Assembly (NCBI GenBank): GCA_951406725.2 | Contig: OX597821.1 | Location: 24,738,001 to 24,802,000, forward strand | DNA length: 64,000 nucleotides | Reading direction: 5' to 3' | DNA from: Octopus vulgaris | Taxonomy: Eukaryota | Part shown: positions 56,161 through 64,000 of the stretch, piece after piece | How the letters are laid out: each line of letters opens with the position of its first letter | Position numbering within the stretch: the stretch's first letter is position 1 | Position numbers and translations under genes: made by a program | Notes under the pieces: generated by a model | Told to the model about the DNA's origin: nothing | Seen by the model: the letters and a program-made list of their open reading frames with translations, nothing else | Database searches by the model: none

Positions 56161-57029
56161 ATACACCAACAGGCGTGCTGACGATTCTGTCAGTTCGCCA
56201 TCTTAAGTTCCTTCTAAATAATGATGCATTAACGAACGTTTCTGTAGCTGGCAGTTCTGAATTGAAATCATAGATAAGATAATAAAAACACGATATTAAT
56301 CATAAATTTTCACGTTCTGAGCTAAAATCTTACTGAGGTTAACTTGCCTTATTGGCATTTACGGGTCGGTAAGATAAAAACGAAATACTAGTATCATTTG
56401 AATGTGGTCATGTGATTATGTTAGAAAACACAGTAGAGCAATGAATGTTTTAAGTTCAAATCCCGCGAGAGTCGTTTTCGTCTTTTATTTTCCAGACTGA
56501 AAAACATAAGTACATTTAGTAAAGGTTGAAAGAGTCTGTTGTCTCTCCTTTAAAATATATGGCATTGCACCTACGTTAAAAATAAGAATTTAGACGGGCA
56601 AAACTAAATATTGTTAGGTATTTAGTTCGGCACTTTTTCCTCTCCTTCGGTGTCTATAAAACATAATAAATGAACAGTTAAATATATTCAATTTATTAAA
56701 TTAGCCAATGTAATGGCCATAGCTGGCTAAGTTGATTAGGTGAAGAGATACTAGAGATCAGTGGTTTATAATTCTGATGCGGGTATTGTATTATGTTCAC
56801 GGACATTATTAGCTGTATGTAAGTAATATGGGTGAGAAAATTCACCTCTGAAAGTATTAATGGAATATTAATGGAATATCCCAATACTGAGTTTAAATCC
56901 TCCGGTGGAAACAGCATCTTGTCTAGGGTGAGAATTATTTTTCATCGGTTTAACTCTGCAGAAAAGATGTGTGGATCCTTGTGAAGAGATAAATATTATT
57001 TATGCTTAATTATTTGTATTTCTCTATTT

Positions 57030-57230
57030 GAGACAAGGCCAACAATTTTGAGGGAGCGAGGTTGGTCGATAACATCGACCCCAGTGCTCAACTGATACTA
57101 ATTTTATCAGCCCCAAAAGGTCACAATCGACCTCAATAGAATTTGAACTCAGAACCTAAAGCAGTAAAAAATGCCGCTAAGCACTTTTCTTTTTACGGCG
57201 TGCTAACGAATTCTACCAGCTCGCCGTCTT
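57030..57230 (-). mobile_element. Family B SINE
   Basis: Homology to other copies. Confidence 0.75.
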
Positions 57231-57844
57231 ATGTTTAATCATTCGAGCAGCAATGACAGCAGCTAGCCCAAGTGTGTTGATTCTTCAACAACATTACTAT
57301 GTTTATAACTACGTTCTGTGCATGATTTTAAAGTGCATCAACTAGTGTGGTTCTAGTTTGAGAATTACAGAGTTTTCAGGAGTGTGGAACCACCTCTTAG
57401 CCATTATTGTTCCCAAGTCTTGCCCGACCCGAAGTAGCAATACCTGTGAGGGTTCCAACTATGGGTTAATTAGCATGTAAAAAAAAGGTTAATGGTAAAT
57501 ATGGGAATAAACAGCTCTGAAGCAAATTATGGGTGGCCCCTTCGCAAGGTCTAGCACCAAGTAGCCACTTAAAACCATCCCAGCCAACCTAGCCAACAGA
57601 AATCTTGGGATACAGCAATGTAAACTATTTCGGCAGCTGAACTTACTGAGTCAGTGGCAGATATCGCTTGATGCTGAGCGGACGAACAGGCAACAAAATG
57701 TTAGCAGCCAGGTTCAACCAGTTCAGTGAGCGAACTACTTCTATCATCTGTAGTTGAGACATGCGCAAGTGAAACATTCAGCTATCGAAACACCAATATG
57801 ACATGTTGATCCGGAGAAGTCACTCAACTGGTTGATGATGATGG

Positions 57845-57893
<49 letters not shown>

Positions 57894-57908
57894 GATGATG
57901 ATGATGAT

Positions 57909-57942
<34 letters not shown>

Positions 57943-58069
57943 GCGACGACGACGACGACGACGATGATGATGATGATAACTATGTTTCTCTATTCAAGAA
58001 CGTTTTCATCGTCGTCTTCGAACGCTTTCAGACGTTAGAACACATACCGTTGATTACAGGATTTGTATT

Positions 58070-58272
58070 TTTTTTATTTGTTTCGGTCATTTGACTGCGA
58101 CCATGCGGGAGCTCGCTTTGAAGAGCTTTAGTCGAACAAAATTACCGCAGGACGTTTTTTTTAAAACCTAGTACTTATTCTATCAGACTCTTTTTGCCGA
58201 AAAAGTTACGGGGACGTAAGTATACTAACACCGGTTTTCAAGTGGTGATGGTGGAAGAAATACAGACACAAG

Positions 58273-58309
<37 letters not shown>

Positions 58310-58478
58310 GTATACGACGGGCTTCTTTCATTTTCCGTCTGCCAAATCCACTCACAAGGTTTTGGTCGGCCCGAGGATATAGTAGAAGACATTTGCTCAT
58401 GGTGCCACGCAGTAGGAATGAACCCGGAACCATGTGTTTGGGAAGCAAGCTTCTTACCACACAGCCACGCATGCGCCT
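58070..58478 (-). mobile_element. tRNA-derived SINE, family A (older, diverged)
   Basis: Homology to 16600-17004. Confidence 0.88.
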
Positions 58479-59047
58479 ATACGTTACTGTTTCGTCATTG
58501 TCACTCAAAGCTAAAAATATTAGAGATGGGATGACATACCCTTTATAAAAATACCGTGACCATTAGTTTTTGCACCTCTGTCCACCAGTAAGTCTCGTAA
58601 GTTTAATGTTATAAAACCCAGTGGGAACGATATGTCACAAAATGTCATTATAGCAGTTCAAGTTCAGATTTTGCAAGCTTATCATTTATTCACGAGTTGC
58701 AACAACGAAAGGAGCTGGAAGTTGTTGCCCTATATTTGTACGAGGTGAGACGTCTTACAATTTTATTTAGAAATTACTTTGTTGATTTCTTTCATGCAAC
58801 TAAGCTCAGTGGTCTTATTTTGTAACTTTATTTGGATGATGAATTAGTAGATGCACTAGAGCGTCGGACGAAATGCCTGGGGGAATTTGCACCGGCTTCT
58901 TACGTTCTGAGATCAAATCTCACAGAAGTAAACTTTGTATTTCATCCCTAAGGGAAGGAATAAATCAAGTACGAGTTTCGCTGTAATCGACCAGTTACCT
59001 TCTCTTAAAACTGCTGTATTGTATTCAATACAATTACTTTATTACAC

Positions 59048-59085
<38 letters not shown>

Positions 59086-59701
59086 ACATACATATATAAT
59101 ATATATATTCATATATATATTTGTTAACGTCGAGTTCAACTGCTTTAAAGAAAGAATTATGCATACATACATACACACACATATGTATATATATATATAT
59201 ATATTCGCTTAGGCAAAGTGATATTTAGATTCTTGTGTTAGGGCTCAATATATATATGCTTCAGAATAAAGCATTAGTCAAGTACAGAGCGTAATATGAA
59301 AATAATTAATGACAAAGGAACAGGAAATTATGCAAGGAAATTCATTAGCTTACAGCTGTTTCTGCGATAATATGCAGTGCACGCAGAGATGAGTGCATGT
59401 GCATAATCTTATAGCTTCAAAAGTGAAATGCACTGCATCTTGTTGTAGAAACAGTACTAAGCTAATACAGTTCAATGCATAATTTCCTGTCTCTGTATAT
59501 ATATATATATAAACAAGTACAAAAAATGGGACAAGAACATCCAGACACAAAAAAATGATACAAAAAAGGACAACAAAACATCAAGATAGATTATACAAAA
59601 GAGGGTCAAGAAAAAACACGGACGGGTCATTCGAAATTTTCTTTCCTCAGTCGAGTTCCTGATTATCTTTGCAACTTCGGCTGGTTATACTCGAGATTAT
59701 A

Positions 59702-60886
59702 CAGGGTGCGTAAGATATTTGAGGACATATTTATGTTTATAAAAAAAAACAGATATATAATAACAGATAATAACTTTAGTTATCAAAAATTGCTATGAGG
59801 ATAAAAATGAACCTTCTTTTCTATAATGTTATTCAATAAAGCCACCTTCGGCTTCAACAATTGCTTCTATATGAGATCTAAAACATCTACATGCTTGAAT
59901 CAAGTGGTCCTGGTCACATTTTGGACATTAATCTGACTATGGCAGCTTTCATAGAATCTTTAGTGTTGTGGGCGTGTTCCCTGACCTCTCTCTCAACAAC
60001 GCTCCTCATTTAATAGTCCAATGGATAGAGATCTGGGGAATTAGGAGGCCAAATGTTAGGGGTTATGTGATCAAGAAAACTTTCAGCTATCCATTCCTGT
60101 GTTACTTGAACCATGTGTGATAGTGTAATCTTACTGAAACTCAAGGTGGCAGGGTTAACTCTAAGACTTTGTAGAAAGAAGTAAGGAGGCATCACATACC
60201 CTTCATTGCTGACAACCACTAAAACCATAGCAGTTGCAGGAAATTTTGTATGCATAACGCTTGGAACTGCAGAAGGGTCTGCAGATAATCGTCTGTCATT
60301 TCTTATGTTAACTTTTTGATCTTGGTCAAGTTTTTCTCGTTTAAGACAAACCAAATCAAATCTTCTCCTGTTGGATTTTTCAGTTTGTTTAAGAGCCTTA
60401 TAGATCTGATATAGTGATTTTTTTTGCTTTCTCGGACAAATTGACCTTTCCTTATATAAGACTTATATCCGATGTATTCGTGGACAACATTTCTAACTGC
60501 TCCTTCTCACACATAGAGATCTTTTGCAATTGACCTCATGGACTTTCTGGGATTGAAATCAATGGTCTATTGAACTTGTTGGTGTTTTGATGATTTCAGA
60601 GCTTTTAGAATTCTTTTTATGTTTTGATACTAGTGATACGTTTCCATCTTCAGTCTCTAGCTCCTTACAAACTTTGTAGGCGAAAGATCTGGCAACTTCT
60701 AAAACTCGAGATATTTCTAAATCACTATGCTCAGCCTCTATAATCACAATAACAGCATGCCTCTTCCTTTCTTGAGTAAGCTGAGCGTCTGCCTTGTTAC
60801 TTTTTGAAAAAAATATTATACAAGGTTAATAAAAAATGTAGCAATGATCTAAAAAAGGTATGTCCTCAAATACCTTATGCACCCTG
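59702..60886 (-). mobile_element. maT/DD37D-like Tc1/mariner element with both TIRs, disrupted transposase
   Basis: TA-cagggtgcgtaagatatttgaggacata ... tatgtcctcaaataccttatgcaccctg-TA; HTKFPATAMVL..WPPNSPDLYPLDY; HTH fragment at 60559-60747. Confidence 0.92.
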
Positions 60887-60945
60887 TATGTATATATATA
60901 TATCGCTAGCACGACTATTTTCTCTCCTTGTTTCTTTCTGTGTTC

Positions 60946-60981
60946 CTTTCTGTGGAAGAGCGTAGGCTCGAAACGTTAAAG
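60946..60981 (+). ncRNA. Minimal hammerhead-like motif (core variant CTGTGGA)
   Basis: CTTT-CTGTGGA-A-GAGC(gtag)GCTC-GAAAC-GTT-AAAG: stems I and II and palindromic ACGT stem III present. Confidence 0.6.
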
Positions 60982-61069
60982 ACTTTTCACTTCCCGAGCG
61001 TTATACTAATACATCTGTTTCTTGTCTACACCACCTGTCTTCGTCTTTTGAATTTTTTGTGAATTCTCC

Positions 61070-61122
<53 letters not shown>

Positions 61123-61123
<1 letters not shown>

Positions 61124-61183
61124 TCTAGCAAAAACTGTCTGATGAACGGCAACGAGAAACTCAGAGTAACAGATTTTGTTGAA
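61123..61183 (+). ncRNA. Type I hammerhead ribozyme, intact core
   Basis: caaaaactgt-CTGATGA-a-CG(GCAA)CG-a-GAAACT(cag)AGTA-acagattttg; predicted cleavage after GUA at 61168. Confidence 0.75.
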
Positions 61184-61203
61184 TTTTCTGCGCTTAAAAT
61201 AAA

Positions 61204-61268
<65 letters not shown>

Positions 61269-61370
61269 GTATGTATGTATGTATGTATGTATCTATGTAT
61301 TATGTATGTATGTATGTATGTATGTATGTATGTATGTATAAATATATGGATCGATCAAAACAGTTTGATT

Positions 61371-61431
61371 CAAATTCGTTGGTACTCTTGAGTTTCAAGC
61401 GTGATGCTAGTCATCAGCCATTTTGAATTTG
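61371..61431 (-). ncRNA. Type I hammerhead ribozyme, intact core
   Basis: Minus strand caaattc-aaaa-tgg-CTGATGA-ct-AGC(atcac)GCT-t-GAAACTC(aa)GAGTA-cca-ac-gaatttg; predicted cleavage between 61383 and 61382. Confidence 0.8.
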
Positions 61432-61727
61432 CATGACAGAAGTTGATTGTTAAGACCAGAAGGTGCGCTGCAGTTGGTAGAGGAAGGTCGTCCCTTGTTT
61501 TAACCGTGTATACTCGCGTACGTGCGCGTGCGAATGCACATGTGCACGCACACACTGGTATGCATGCGTACATGCATGCGATTATACATATGTACATATA
61601 AATGAATATGCGTGTATGTGTGTGCATGTGTGCGTATATGTGTGTATGTGTGTGCATACGCGCGCGCATGTTCGTCCAAGCGTGTGTGTGTTTGTGAGTT
61701 TGTGTGTATGTGTGTGTGTGTGTGTGT

Positions 61728-61805
<78 letters not shown>

Positions 61806-62093
61806 GTGTATGTGTGCAGACGTGCGCGTGCTCACCCATGTACAGATGCGCACACTCGCATCAATATACACGTGCACGCAAAACTATATATTTAGGATAA
61901 CAACAAATACAGATGTATTTTATATAGAAGTAGATTTGAGGGTGTAAATCAAACCAAGAGTTTTACGTTTAGAAAATTTCATGACTTTAAACCTGAAAGG
62001 GTAATTGAGTTCAGATAGTAATAAAGTTTGTTCGGATTTCTCAACCGTAGTTTCATTGCTTAAATAAACCTCGGAGACTCCAGTTTCAGTCGA

Positions 62094-63870
62094 TTAAATC
62101 AACTCCAGTACTTGACTAGTACATTATTTTACCAAGGACGCCCACTGTTAAGCCTCCTTATTTGTCTGTCATTTTTCTGTCCAATATAAATAACTAGCGG
62201 GACCCGTGAATATTTCACGGAATTAATGGTAAACCTATTGGGTAGTTTCTGAAAACTTTATCTGAAAACTGAAAGCGTAGCCTGTGTTGTGTCTGTATGG
62301 AAAGATAGTCGATCATCTGCTGCTCATTGAAGAGTGAAAGAAATTGGAATACGATGATTACTTAATACACTTTATATATACAATTTATATATTGTATGCA
62401 CAATTTTTATAGACTTAATACACAGCATACAAAAAATAAATATTCACTCTTATTTTCTCATTTCCTCATAAGCAAAAAATATATCCTGTACATGTGATAT
62501 CTGGTACGTAAATGAGCGTGAATATTTCACAAAATTGCACTTATGCTCATGTGTTAAGTGATAGGCGATATATAAAAACAACTTTGTTGCTCGACCTGTT
62601 AGGTATATCAATTAAATCTCTCTCAAATCACGCTCAACTGTCTCTGAATAATGTAGTGTAGTTATACATGAATTCTCCTGTCGTAGACGACAGATAAGCG
62701 TTCTGTAATTTCTTGCTGAACAAATTCACAGATGATTTGTTTGTAGTGATTCAATGTTTGTGCTGTACATTGGCTCACCCACTTCATTAAATTGACATTG
62801 CCTGTACACAGTGTGTCGCATGTCAGATGTTGAAACGATCACAGAACAACGTGAAATGTAGTGTTTTGCTCAAGAACACAACACACCGCCCGGTCCGGGA
62901 ATCGAAACACCTTAACCACTATGCTACACGCCCTCACATTATTATAGATGCTACCAAAGAGACAGGTCATTGCTGGAATGTCTTTGATCATAAATCTGAT
63001 CGATCTGGGTTGACGTGAAGCTAAACAACTACTATAACATCTAGTTGAGCTGACTGACAAGGATCTGTGTGGTCGCATAGAGGCACAGACTGCTAGAAAT
63101 AACAGCCAATTTACCCTTAAAGTACATTCTAAAGCAGTGGTTTTCAACCAGGGTTCCGCGGAACCTTAGGGTTCCGCCAGTACAGTCCAGGGGTTCCGCA
63201 AGAAGTTACAAAACTGCTAAAATCGGAGGTAATTTTTAATTCTCCTGTGCAGGTATGTGTGCATAAGACTATTAAATTATTGCACAGGGGTTCCTCGAGC
63301 CAGTGGAATGTTTCCTTGGGGTTCCACTCCAGCAAAAAGGTTGAAAAGCACTGTTCTACCGTCTTAATAAAAAAAAAACACATTATATAACGTGGTTCTA
63401 GATATACCATGTCTGAAAAATGACCGAACTGTCACGGCAGGAGTGGGGCTTATCTGGGGTTCAACTACAACAGTAATTGGTAAAGCTGCCGGTAGGCAGT
63501 TGTGAGGGGCACAGTTTGTTGCTGCAGCCAGTTCAAACCATTGTAGTTCTGATCGGCGTTCTGCCTTGATCAAATCACATTTTTGTTTTTGCTAGCAGAT
63601 CAGACTGTGAATAAAGCTATTTATTAAGACGACAGGAGAATTCATCATGAATAACTATACTACATTTTTCAGAGACAGCTGAGCACGATTTTAGAGAGAT
63701 TTGAATGCTAGACCGACTAGGTCGAACAACCACGTAGAGGCTCCCTCGTTGAAATGTAGACCAGTTGTTATTATACATACTGGACAGACAAATGACGGAC
63801 AAATAAGGGCGTTTAACAGTGGGAGTCCTTGATAAAATAATGTACCAGTCAAGTACTGGAGTCGATTTAA
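62094..63870. mobile_element. Fold-back/composite element bounded by ~90-bp inverted repeats
   Basis: 62094-62183 is the reverse complement of 63781-63870 (caaggac.cccactgttaa...ttatttgtc.gtcattt.tctgtcca plus a SINE-like outer part). Confidence 0.7.
63135..63353. mobile_element. hAT (Charlie/Buster-type) MITE
   Basis: cagtggttttcaacc ... ggttgaaaagcactg; 8-bp flanks ttctaaag / ttctaccg; internal ggttccgc/ggaacc subterminal motifs. Confidence 0.88.
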
Positions 63871-64000
63871 AATTTGAGGGCGATTTAGCTGATATTTACT
63901 GTAGATCGAACCCGAGAAGGGAGACTTTCATGAAAATCAGGATAAACAGATCTGTGTAAAGCACCAACCAAATTTTACTGAAACTAAACACTATTGGGAT

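Overview
AT-rich eukaryotic non-coding DNA, saturated with microsatellites and transposon remnants. The repeat inventory (tRNA-headed SINEs with internal (CA)n/(TA)n, (TATG)n/(TAGA)n tracts, Tx1- and R4/Dong-like LINEs, mariners) matches what I recall of coleoid cephalopod (Octopus-like) genomes; this is inference, not a database hit. I see no intact protein-coding gene. Nearly all ORF-track entries are translated simple repeats, and the protein-like ones are disrupted transposase or retrotransposon fragments. The most notable signal is a set of type I hammerhead ribozyme (HHR) motifs from several sequence-distinct small non-coding elements. These are: (i) a tRNA-promoter-headed element ending in a minimal HHR, with an inverted copy (9260-9614); (ii) a 365-nt retrozyme-like unit with a terminal direct repeat, a 5' inversion reading across the monomer junction, and a 15-bp TSD (19402-20012); (iii) three HHRs within 500 bp (60946-61431), two with intact cores. 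Other points of interest are GG-ended MITEs carrying telomere-like (CCCTAA)n, a one-head/three-body SINE within one TSD, an identical 99-bp orphan insert present twice, a candidate miRNA-like hairpin cluster (~14 kb), and possible 5' exons of a minus-strand gene at the left edge.
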